NCBI GenBank assembly: GCA_046758305.1
Contig: JBHHZW010000001.1
Coordinates: 1-34,706 of the forward strand
Length of the DNA stretch: 34,706 nucleotides
Source of the DNA: Bacteroidota bacterium
Lineage (GTDB): Bacteria > Bacteroidota > Ignavibacteria > UBA10030 > JAZGDE01
Direction: 5' to 3'
The position numbers were made by a program, and so were the translations under genes. This document shows, one piece after another, positions 26,710 through 34,503 of the stretch. A model generated the notes under the pieces. It saw only the letters and a program-made list of their open reading frames with translations. It was not told the DNA's origin and made no database searches. The stretch's first letter is position 1. Each line of letters starts with the position of its first letter.

Positions 26710-26775
26710 GCTGTGGCTGGGTAGCAATTCTACCAACCTACGGCTCGTAGAACCGTAGGCCGACTGACCCACAGC
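26710..26775 (+). other. Three-stem structured element 26 nt downstream of osmC
   Basis: The outer stem is GCTGTGG (26710-26716)/CCACAGC (26769-26775). It encloses two hairpins: GGTAG (26720-26724)/CTACC (26730-26734), and CCTACGG (26737-26743)/CCGTAGG (26753-26759). Confidence 0.3.
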
Positions 26776-27584
26776 TCTCCCATAAAAAGCGTTGGGAATG
26801 ATCGGTCAGGATTTCAAAGAACGTTCTGATCGAAGATCTTGCAACTGAGCTGCCACAATCAGTTGGCAACCTGATGGAGAGAGGAATCCAATGGCTTATT
26901 CGTGGCGAGCCACGCTGCGAAACGGTCCCATGTGCGGCGAAGGAGAAAGGCTTCTTAGATGAGGGGATCGACCGGTTCGTGGCAGACCTGAATATCCTGA
27001 AGAAAGCTCCATAAGAGTTCAGTCTCTGAATATGCACACCCGGAAACCCGCAAGTACCCAGATAAGCCTGGATGCAACATTTTCATTTTGCCTGCTCCGG
27101 CTCCGACTTCATTAATTCCCTTGATCCCTATGGATTCTTAATTAGCTTCCACTGGCTATCATATATTGAGAATGTCTTGGTGCTACCGACTGTTCACTGT
27201 AAGAGCGTCGTTCTGCTAATTATTCGCCCCGTGAAGGAGACCTGTTCGCCCCGCTCACTTTCGCTGAACGTTTTGAACTCCGGCGGACTAGCAACGCGAA
27301 GTTCGGGTTTCCCTGATTAGATGCAGGAAAAACAAAAAGGTTCGGCCAGGGGAATTCGATGAGTTCATACGGTATCGTGGCTTCGCTTCTGAGAAGACGT
27401 GATGCGATAATCCTCACCGGACATCATAGGTTTCGCTTTTCCGTTTTTTTTCATAGATTAAAAAGATGACGCGAATTGCCTGAAGCCTATCTGGATGCAA
27501 GCAGTCGCAGCATAGAGGGAGGTTGAAATTTCCAACGGGTGCGGTTCGGCCGCCACCGAAAAGAATTTAGGTAAGGAGATTCCA

Positions 27585-30371
27585 GTGGAAATGCGAGATA
27601 GTTATCAAACGAAAACATCGCTTACCGTAGATGCGCGCTCCTATACAATCTTTTCGCTCAAACGATTGGAAAAGAGCGGTGTTGGCCCCTTCGTTCGGCT
27701 TCCGATCTCGCTGAAAATCCTGCTCGAGAACCTGTTGCGGCAGGAAGACGGCAGGATCGTACGGCGAGAGGACATTGAGGCGCTCGTCCACTGGAATCCG
27801 ACTGCTCCACCCCGCAAAGAAATCGCCTTTATGCCTGCGCGGGTCCTACTGCAGGACTTTACTGGCGTGCCTGCTGCGGTTGATCTCGCCGTCATGCGGG
27901 ACGCGATCACTCGTATGGGAGGTGATCCGAAGTTGATCAATTCTCTTCAGCCGGTTGATCTTGTGATTGACCATTCGGTTCAAGTCGACCAGTTTGGAAC
28001 TCCGAGAGCATTTCTCTTCAACGCGGACCGAGAGTTTGAAAGAAACAATGAACGATACGCATTTCTTCGGTGGGTGCAGCAAGCGTTTCAGAATTTTCGA
28101 GTTGTTCCGCCTAACACCGGTATCTGTCATCAAGTTAATCTGGAATACCTTGCCAAGGTTGTGTTTACGGCGGAGGTTGATGGACAGCTCGTTGCCTACC
28201 CGGATACACTCATCGGGACCGACTCTCACACGACGATGATCAACGGGCTCGGTGTTCTCGGTTGGGGTGTCGGTGGCATTGAGGCGGAAGCCGCGATGCT
28301 GGGGCAACCGATCTCCATGCTCATCCCACAGGTCGTAGGATTTCGATTGTTTGGAAAGTTGCAGCCCAGCGCTACCGCCACGGATGTTGTGTTGACGGTG
28401 ACACAAATTCTTCGCAAGAAGGGAGTTGTTGGAAAGTTTGTCGAGTTCTTTGGTCCCGGTTTATCATCGTTAAGTTTGGCCGACCGAGCGACGATTGGCA
28501 ATATGTCACCAGAGTACGGAGCGACAATTGGGTATTTCCCGGTGGACCAGGAGACCTTGAACTATCTCCGCTTCACCGGTAGAAGTGAAGAGCTGAGTGC
28601 GCTCGTGGAAGCGTATTGCAGAGAGCAAGGACTGTTTCATACGAGTGAAAGTCTCGAACCGGTGTTTTCCGACACGGCTGAGCTTGATTTGGCCGCTGTT
28701 GAGCCAAGCCTTGCCGGTCCAAAGCGACCGCAAGATCGCGTCCTGCTTTCGCAAGCGAAGCGCTCCTTCCGCCGCTCGCTGGTTGACATGCTCGTAAGCG
28801 GGGGCGCAGCAATCAACAGAACAGAGGTAGATAAATGGATAGGGGAAGGTGGTAATTCCGAGGTCTCCGAAAAGGAGCCAAGCGTACCTCCGGACCTTGC
28901 CAACGTCTTGCCAACAGTGACGGTAAGAAAAAATCGCACTGAGTTCCAGCTGGGACACGGTTCAGTGGTGATCTCGGCCATCACGAGCTGCACGAACACA
29001 TCCAACCCTTCGGTCATGGTTGCCGCGGGACTGTTGGCAAAAAAAGCTGTTGATCGTGGGCTCAAATCCAAGCCGTGGGTGAAAACTAGTCTCGCGCCCG
29101 GCTCAAAAGTTGTCACCGATTATTTGCAAGAGGCACAGTTGGTCACCTCTCTGGAGGAACTCGGCTTCCACCTTGTGAGCTACGGATGCACCACGTGTAT
29201 CGGCAACAGCGGTCCTCTTCCGGAGCCGATTGGCAAAGCCGTTCAAGAGAATGACCTTATCGTGGCCGCCGTGCTTTCAGGAAACCGCAATTTCGAGGGC
29301 CGGATCAATTCTCTCGTGCGAGCGAACTATCTCGCCTCCCCCCCTCTGGTGGTCGCATACGCACTTGTTGGAACGATGGATATCGACATTCAACGCGAGC
29401 CGCTTGGACTGGACAAACAGGGGAAGCCGGTGTATCTCAACGACATTTGGCCGACGCCCCAGGAAATTGATGAAACGATTCGAATGTGTGTAAAGTCAGA
29501 AATGTTCCGGAAACAGTATTCCAAAGTTTTTCAAGGGGATGAGCGGTGGAACACCATGCCAATTCCCGCTGGCGATCGCTTTCTGTGGGACGAACGCTCC
29601 ACGTACATCAAGGCGCCTCCGTATTTCGAAACCATGCCCTTGAAACCAGAGACTCCTCAAGACATCCGGGGCGCCAGGGTTGTTGTCCTTCTCGGCGATT
29701 CGATCACCACTGATCACATCTCCCCCGCTGGATCGATTGCGGTCAAGAGTCCAGCAGGACAGTACCTCATTGCCCATGGCGTTGAGCCAAAAGATTTCAA
29801 CTCCTACGGCTCTCGGCGTGGCAACCACGAGGTCATGATGCGCGGCACCTTTGCCAATATCCGCCTTCGGAATCTTCTAGCTCCGGGAACTGAGGGCGGA
29901 TGGACCATTCATCCATTTTCCCAACAACCCATTCCGATCTACGATGCGGCCATGAAATACAAAGAGGAGAGTACACCTCTTCTCGTCATTGCTGGCAAGG
30001 AGTATGGGTCAGGCTCTTCGCGTGATTGGGCAGCGAAAGGAACTCGACTGCTCGGTGTTCGCGCAGCGATCGCTGAAAGCTTCGAGCGGATCCACCGGAG
30101 CAACCTTATCGGAATGGGGGTTCTTCCGCTACAATTCGAGGAAGGACAAGGCCGCCAAACACTCTCCCTCAGCGGTTTTGAAACTTATGATATCGAAGGA
30201 ATTGCCGAAGGGCTTCAGCCCGGGAAGAAGCTGAAGGTAACGGCGAGAGGTCAGGATGGTGCCGTGAAGACGTTCACCGTGATTGCTCGCATTGACACAC
30301 CAAACGAACTGGATTACTACCGGCACGACGGTATCTTGCAGTACGTGCTTCGCTCGCTTTTGAAGAGCTGA
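27585..30371 (+). CDS. acnA: Aconitate hydratase A
   Basis: 928 aa. The Fe-S ligand regions ITSCTNTSN and CTTCIGNSG are present, along with a typical AcnA/IRP domain order. The GTG at 27585 lies 6 nt after AAGGAG; the ATG at 27591 is the alternative start. Confidence 0.95.
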   Translation: MEMRDSYQTKTSLTVDARSYTIFSLKRLEKSGVGPFVRLPISLKILLENLLRQEDGRIVRREDIEALVHWNPTAPPRKEIAFMPARVLLQDFTGVPAAVDLAVMRDAITRMGGDPKLINSLQPVDLVIDHSVQVDQFGTPRAFLFNADREFERNNERYAFLRWVQQAFQNFRVVPPNTGICHQVNLEYLAKVVFTAEVDGQLVAYPDTLIGTDSHTTMINGLGVLGWGVGGIEAEAAMLGQPISMLIPQVVGFRLFGKLQPSATATDVVLTVTQILRKKGVVGKFVEFFGPGLSSLSLADRATIGNMSPEYGATIGYFPVDQETLNYLRFTGRSEELSALVEAYCREQGLFHTSESLEPVFSDTAELDLAAVEPSLAGPKRPQDRVLLSQAKRSFRRSLVDMLVSGGAAINRTEVDKWIGEGGNSEVSEKEPSVPPDLANVLPTVTVRKNRTEFQLGHGSVVISAITSCTNTSNPSVMVAAGLLAKKAVDRGLKSKPWVKTSLAPGSKVVTDYLQEAQLVTSLEELGFHLVSYGCTTCIGNSGPLPEPIGKAVQENDLIVAAVLSGNRNFEGRINSLVRANYLASPPLVVAYALVGTMDIDIQREPLGLDKQGKPVYLNDIWPTPQEIDETIRMCVKSEMFRKQYSKVFQGDERWNTMPIPAGDRFLWDERSTYIKAPPYFETMPLKPETPQDIRGARVVVLLGDSITTDHISPAGSIAVKSPAGQYLIAHGVEPKDFNSYGSRRGNHEVMMRGTFANIRLRNLLAPGTEGGWTIHPFSQQPIPIYDAAMKYKEESTPLLVIAGKEYGSGSSRDWAAKGTRLLGVRAAIAESFERIHRSNLIGMGVLPLQFEEGQGRQTLSLSGFETYDIEGIAEGLQPGKKLKVTARGQDGAVKTFTVIARIDTPNELDYYRHDGILQYVLRSLLKS

Positions 30372-30390
30372 ACCGATCAGAGGCGTCTTG

Positions 30391-30517
30391 CAAATTCCAA
30401 ATCACAAGCACCAAATCACGAATAAATTCCAAGCTCTAAATCCCAAACGGTTTCGTACTTCATTGATGATTGGAACTTGAAATTTGTTTGGAGCTTGTAA
30501 TTTGAGAATTGGGGTTT
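30391..30517. repeat. Long imperfect inverted repeat built from CCAAAT/ATTTGG-type words, immediately after acnA
   Basis: The left arm contains CCAAATCAC twice (30397-30405 and 30411-30419). CAAATCACAAGCACCAAA in the left arm is complementary, with 2 mismatches, to TTTGGAGCTTGTAATTTG in the right arm. AATTCCAAG / CTTGAAATT pairs further in. Total span is about 127 nt. Confidence 0.45.
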
Positions 30518-30831
30518 CTAACAGTGGATAAGTTGGACGCGACGGTCCTCTTCATTGGGCAAAGGCCGAGCATGAGGTACTCAGGTTTGATGATTCAATT
30601 GGCTTTCCAGTCCAGGGTAGTCGATGAGAAGAGAGTCAGAGGATCGTCCGCGAGGATCAACGCTGTGCCCACGATACTGTCGCAGGCTCAGTTTTTTTCT
30701 TGTCGGCGGTTCCTGCCAGGAATTCCCAATCTTGGCAATTCTTCCCGTAAGTATTCCCAAACATGGTAGCCTGACACTCGGCGGAGGGTGATCCATCGGC
30801 CCGTAATCGTGTTTTTCTACGTTTGCTTTTC

Positions 30832-30846
30832 TGGCACATGGATTGC
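30832..30846 (+). promoter_or_regulatory. Sigma-54 (-24/-12) promoter, perfect core consensus
   Basis: TGGCAC (30832-30837), atgga, then TTGC (30843-30846), which is exactly TGGCAC-N5-TTGC. It lies 90 nt upstream of the ATG at 30936. Confidence 0.65.
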
Positions 30847-30863
30847 GTTTCATGGTTCACGGT

Positions 30864-30931
30864 GCCGCATTTTGCGCGATTCATGCGGCTGAGGTTCAAC
30901 GCTCATCACACCGATCACACCTCCGGGAGGT
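30864..30931 (+). promoter_or_regulatory. Structured 5' leader of the Cys/Met PLP-enzyme gene
   Basis: Hairpin GCCGCAT (30864-30870)/ATGCGGC (30883-30889). Tandem ATCACACC words follow. A small hairpin ACCTC (30919-30923)/GAGGT (30927-30931) occludes the SD GGGAGG. Confidence 0.3.
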
Positions 30932-30935
30932 TAAA

Positions 30936-32117
30936 ATGAATCTAAAAACTGAACCCTTCCATTTCGAGACCCTTGCTGTGCGCGGCGGCGCAATGAACGG
31001 TGATCACGCGGTGGCGCCCACGATTGTCCAGACATCGACCTTTTTCTTTGCATCGGTCGAAGAGGCTGCAGAGACGTTCGCAGGGAAACGGGACGGTTTT
31101 CTGTACACCCGACTTGGGAATCCCACGGTAGCAGCTTTTGAACGTCAGATGGCGCTGCTTGAACAGGGTGAAGCCGCCCTCGCCTTCGGTTCTGGGATGG
31201 CAGCGATTGTGGCAGGGGTACTGGCCTATGTGCGGAAGGGACAGAGCCTAGTATCTTCAAAGACACTGTACGGTGGAACTCATTCGCTTTTCGTCGAGAC
31301 ACTTCCACATTTTGGCGTCGATGTTCGCTTTGTCGAAGGGCATGATCCGAAATCCTTCGCGAAGGCAATCGATGATAACACCGGCCTGGTGTTCATAGAG
31401 ACTCCGGGCAACCCAACACTGTGCACCATTGACATCCAGGCCGTAGCTGAGGAACTCAAACGTTGGGCTGTCCCGCTGATGGTGGATAATACGTTCGCGA
31501 CGCCGTACTTTCAGAGGCCGCTTTCGCTTGGCGCTCGGGCGGTCGTCCACAGCGCGACGAAGTATATCGGTGGGCATGCAGACGCGGTGGGCGGTGTGAT
31601 CATTGGCTCATCGGATGCCATAGCAGCGACGCGGAAGTTTCTCAGAGATCTTGGAGGCGCGTTGAGTCCGTTCAACGCGTGGCTGTTTCTCCGAGGGCTA
31701 AAGACGTTGCCACTTCGAATGGAACGTCATGCAATGAACGCTGGCAGGATCGCATCGTTCCTTGTCAAACAGCCGAACGTTCGCTTCGTGTATTATCCGG
31801 GTCTTGAGGAGTTCCCCGGACACCTTATCGCGAAGAAACAGATGACCGGATTCGGCGGCATGATGGCGTTTGAACTTGATGGAGGAAAAGAGGCAGGCGT
31901 TCGCCTTCTGAACAGTCTCAAACTGATTCATATCGCAGTGAGCCTAGGAGATGCGGATTCGCTGATCGAACATCCGGCATCGATGACGCACCATTCGTAC
32001 ACCTCGGAAGAGCTCCAACGAAGCAACATTCCTGAAGGCCTGATACGGTTGTCGGTGGGACTAGAACATCCAGAAGACCTGATTTCGGACCTCCGCCAGG
32101 CGCTTGCGCAGGTGTAG
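30936..32117 (+). CDS. Cys/Met-metabolism PLP-dependent enzyme (methionine gamma-lyase / cystathionine gamma-synthase / sulfhydrylase family)
   Basis: 393 aa from the ATG at 30936 (MNLKTEPFHFETLAVRGG), behind the SD GGGAGG. The PLP-lysine motif HSATKYIGGH is present. The ORF-track TTG start at 30843 lies inside the promoter. Confidence 0.88.
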   Translation: MNLKTEPFHFETLAVRGGAMNGDHAVAPTIVQTSTFFFASVEEAAETFAGKRDGFLYTRLGNPTVAAFERQMALLEQGEAALAFGSGMAAIVAGVLAYVRKGQSLVSSKTLYGGTHSLFVETLPHFGVDVRFVEGHDPKSFAKAIDDNTGLVFIETPGNPTLCTIDIQAVAEELKRWAVPLMVDNTFATPYFQRPLSLGARAVVHSATKYIGGHADAVGGVIIGSSDAIAATRKFLRDLGGALSPFNAWLFLRGLKTLPLRMERHAMNAGRIASFLVKQPNVRFVYYPGLEEFPGHLIAKKQMTGFGGMMAFELDGGKEAGVRLLNSLKLIHIAVSLGDADSLIEHPASMTHHSYTSEELQRSNIPEGLIRLSVGLEHPEDLISDLRQALAQV

Positions 32118-32171
32118 CGAAAGAAGCGTGTAATGTGTTTGGCGACAGTGGTTAATGCCCATTGAGGTACT

Positions 32172-32966
32172 ATGGAACAGAGTGGGGCTGAAGCGATCGT
32201 TGTTTCTCTCGTCGGTCATGACCCGATTGTGCTAGGGGTGCTGGGCGGTCTCGTCATAACGCTTCTGAATACAATTGGAGCTCTCCTCATTCTCGTGTGG
32301 CGGAAGCCTACACAGAAGTTTCTCGACGCAGCGCTCGGCTTCGCTGCGGGCGTCATGCTCGCGGCTAGCTTCACCAGCCTCATCCTACCTGGGATTGAGT
32401 ACGGTGGGATCTGGCCTGTTCTCATCGGTGTAGCGGTCGGGGCGTTGGTCCTTGATGGTGCGGATCATTTCATTCCCCATATGCACGCTATCATGGGACG
32501 CGAGGGGCGTATCACTAAGCGCCTGAAGGCTGTCTGGCTTTTCATTATCGCGATTACCTTGCACAACATGCCGGAAGGGCTGGCTGTCGGAGTTGGATTC
32601 GGTGCTGAGGATATTCCGAACGCGCTGAAGCTCATGCTGGCGATCGGAATTCAGAACATCCCGGAAGGATTGGCCGTTGCAGTGGCGGCGCTCAGCGTGG
32701 GCTTGGGAGCACACTTCTATGCCAGCTTCGTGGGTGTTCGAGCTGGACTTGTGGAGATACCGATGGCGCTCCTCGGTGCTTGGGCCGTCCAGGTGGCACA
32801 GCCGATCCTCCCTTACGCGATGGGATTCGCGGCCGGTGCGATGCTCTACGTTATCAGCGATGAGATCGTCCCTGAAACCCATCGAAAAGGCCATGAGCGC
32901 CTGGCCACCTTCGGTACTGTGCTTGGCGTTATCGTCATGCTCTACCTCGATATCTCGCTGGGCTGA
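32172..32966 (+). CDS. zupT: ZIP-family divalent metal (zinc) transporter, ZupT-like
   Basis: 264 aa, polytopic. It has the paired metal-site motifs HNMPEGLAVG and IQNIPEGLAVA. Confidence 0.85.
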   Translation: MEQSGAEAIVVSLVGHDPIVLGVLGGLVITLLNTIGALLILVWRKPTQKFLDAALGFAAGVMLAASFTSLILPGIEYGGIWPVLIGVAVGALVLDGADHFIPHMHAIMGREGRITKRLKAVWLFIIAITLHNMPEGLAVGVGFGAEDIPNALKLMLAIGIQNIPEGLAVAVAALSVGLGAHFYASFVGVRAGLVEIPMALLGAWAVQVAQPILPYAMGFAAGAMLYVISDEIVPETHRKGHERLATFGTVLGVIVMLYLDISLG

Positions 32967-33004
32967 CGCGATCGATGTGCGGAACCTTGCCAGTACTTTC
33001 TTAA

Positions 33005-33185
33005 GAGGGTCTCATGATCGGCAGGCTCCTTTGGGGAACCTGTTATCAGGGGCGAGGACTGGTTTGGTCCGGGGAGGTGAATCTAAGTCCACTGATGACG
33101 CATCAATTCCCTCTGGAGCGTTTCGAAGAGGCGTTCCCCTCGATGGAAGTCCGGAGAGAGCGGCAAAGTGGTCTTGCGTCCATGA
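33005..33185 (+). pseudogene. 3' remnant of a zinc-type (MDR) alcohol/threonine dehydrogenase gene, with an internal frameshift
   Basis: One frame reads ..[25 protein letters not shown]. Shifting frame at about 33144 gives [13 protein letters not shown]-stop (TGA at 33183-33185). Together these reproduce the classic MDR C-terminus (..THxFPLExxxEAFxxMxSGxSGKVVLxP). No upstream body of the gene exists; the frame opens only at 33005. Confidence 0.55.
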
Positions 33186-33294
33186 CAGACCTACTCCCCT
33201 GACGGATGCGATAGGAACAGCGGACGATGCAAGGCAGTGAATGTCATTTGAACGATTCCACGGAATGGTGACGAGACCGACAGGAGGTTCACCG

Positions 33295-34503
33295 ATGAAA
33301 GAGTGGATGAAATCGATAATAGGAAGATTGAGTCAGACCACGCCAGAGCTTTCGTTTGAAGTTCGGTTTTGGGATGGAGAGACGCACCGCTATGGGTCCG
33401 GGACACCGAGCTTCAATCTCACCTGCAAGACTAAGAATGCCGCAAAGCATGTCTTCACAAGGGGCCCGCTGGGCTTTGGCGAAGAATACTTGAAGGGGAA
33501 TGTCTCCGTTGACGGCAGTTTTCAACAACTTCTGAGGTTGGGTCTTGACCCTTCTTTTCAGAATTCGAAATTGCCAATCCTCAGTCGATTGCAGGCCCTC
33601 TGGCGCAAGGCTCGATCTCTTAATACGCCAAAGCAGGCTGCGGGGAACATTGCCCATCACTATGATCGCGGAAATGAATTTTTTGCTCTCTGGCTCGATG
33701 AGACCATGACATACTCGTGTGCCTATTTTAGGAGCGGGTCCGACACGCTCGGACAAGCACAGCAGCAGAAGTATGAACATGTGTGTCGCAAGCTTCTTCT
33801 GAAGCGAGGGGACACGCTCCTTGACATCGGCTGTGGATGGGGCGGGATGCTTTTCTACGCGGCTAAGAATTACGGTAACAAAGGCGTTGGCTGTACGCTT
33901 TCCAGGCAACAGTATGAATATGCAGTAGAGAAGATCAAACGAGAAGGTTTAGGAGGCACGGTAAGCGTACTATTGGCAGATTACCGGAGCCTGAGCGGTC
34001 AATTCGACAAGCTTGCCTCCATCGGCATGTTCGAACATGTGGGCAAGAGGTACATTCCGACATTCATGAAGAAGGTCAAGTCACTACTTAAGCCGGGTGG
34101 GATTGGACTGCTCCACACCATCGGCAAAGAACGAGAAACACCCGGTAACCCGTGGACGCTGACGTACATTTTCCCAGGCGGGTACATCCCGACCCTTCAT
34201 GAGATTCTCCACGGGATGGGGGAAGCGGGATTGCAGTCAGTCGACATGGAGAACTTGCGTTTGCACTATGCGAAGACGCTGGACGAATGGTCCAGGCGAT
34301 TTGAAATGAACGTCGAAAGAATACAATCTCTGTTCGACGAGAGCTTTGTGAGAATGTGGCGAATGTTTCTGAACGGTAGCGCCGTCGGATTCCGATACGG
34401 TGACAGCCGATTGTATCAGATAACGTTCACCAACGGAATAAACAACGATCTTCCAATAACTCGAGATCATATTTATTTTCACGACAGTATGGGGATTCTA
34501 TGA
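33295..34503 (+). CDS. cfa: Cyclopropane-fatty-acyl-phospholipid synthase family SAM-dependent methyltransferase
   Basis: SAM motif LLDIGCGWGG and CMAS-family blocks (FGEEYLKGNVSVDG, YSCAYF, HYAKTLDEW). I prefer the ATG at 33295 behind the SD GGAGG; the ATG at 33241 is the alternative. Confidence 0.88.
   Translation: MKEWMKSIIGRLSQTTPELSFEVRFWDGETHRYGSGTPSFNLTCKTKNAAKHVFTRGPLGFGEEYLKGNVSVDGSFQQLLRLGLDPSFQNSKLPILSRLQALWRKARSLNTPKQAAGNIAHHYDRGNEFFALWLDETMTYSCAYFRSGSDTLGQAQQQKYEHVCRKLLLKRGDTLLDIGCGWGGMLFYAAKNYGNKGVGCTLSRQQYEYAVEKIKREGLGGTVSVLLADYRSLSGQFDKLASIGMFEHVGKRYIPTFMKKVKSLLKPGGIGLLHTIGKERETPGNPWTLTYIFPGGYIPTLHEILHGMGEAGLQSVDMENLRLHYAKTLDEWSRRFEMNVERIQSLFDESFVRMWRMFLNGSAVGFRYGDSRLYQITFTNGINNDLPITRDHIYFHDSMGIL

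Noticed and set aside
26710-26775. A tRNA or tRNA-like gene, suggested by the cloverleaf-like stems
   Set aside because: There is no T-arm or GTTCRANYC box and no D-loop GG. The 'anticodon' arm has a 7-bp stem and a 9-nt loop, and total length is only 66 nt. I kept it as a generic structured element.
27140-27160. A cobalamin riboswitch B12-box-like word (CCACTGGC)
   Set aside because: This is an isolated 8-mer with none of the surrounding conserved helices, and the downstream gene (acnA) has no B12-related context.
30780-30810. A SAM-I (S-box) riboswitch upstream of the Cys/Met enzyme, suggested by GGCGGAGGG...GGCCC
   Set aside because: Only this short stretch resembles the S-box core. The GCAACC and GGUGCUAA elements and the P1 helix are missing, and a T-run interrupts it. 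It also lies upstream of the predicted sigma-54 promoter, so it would not be in the mRNA leader.
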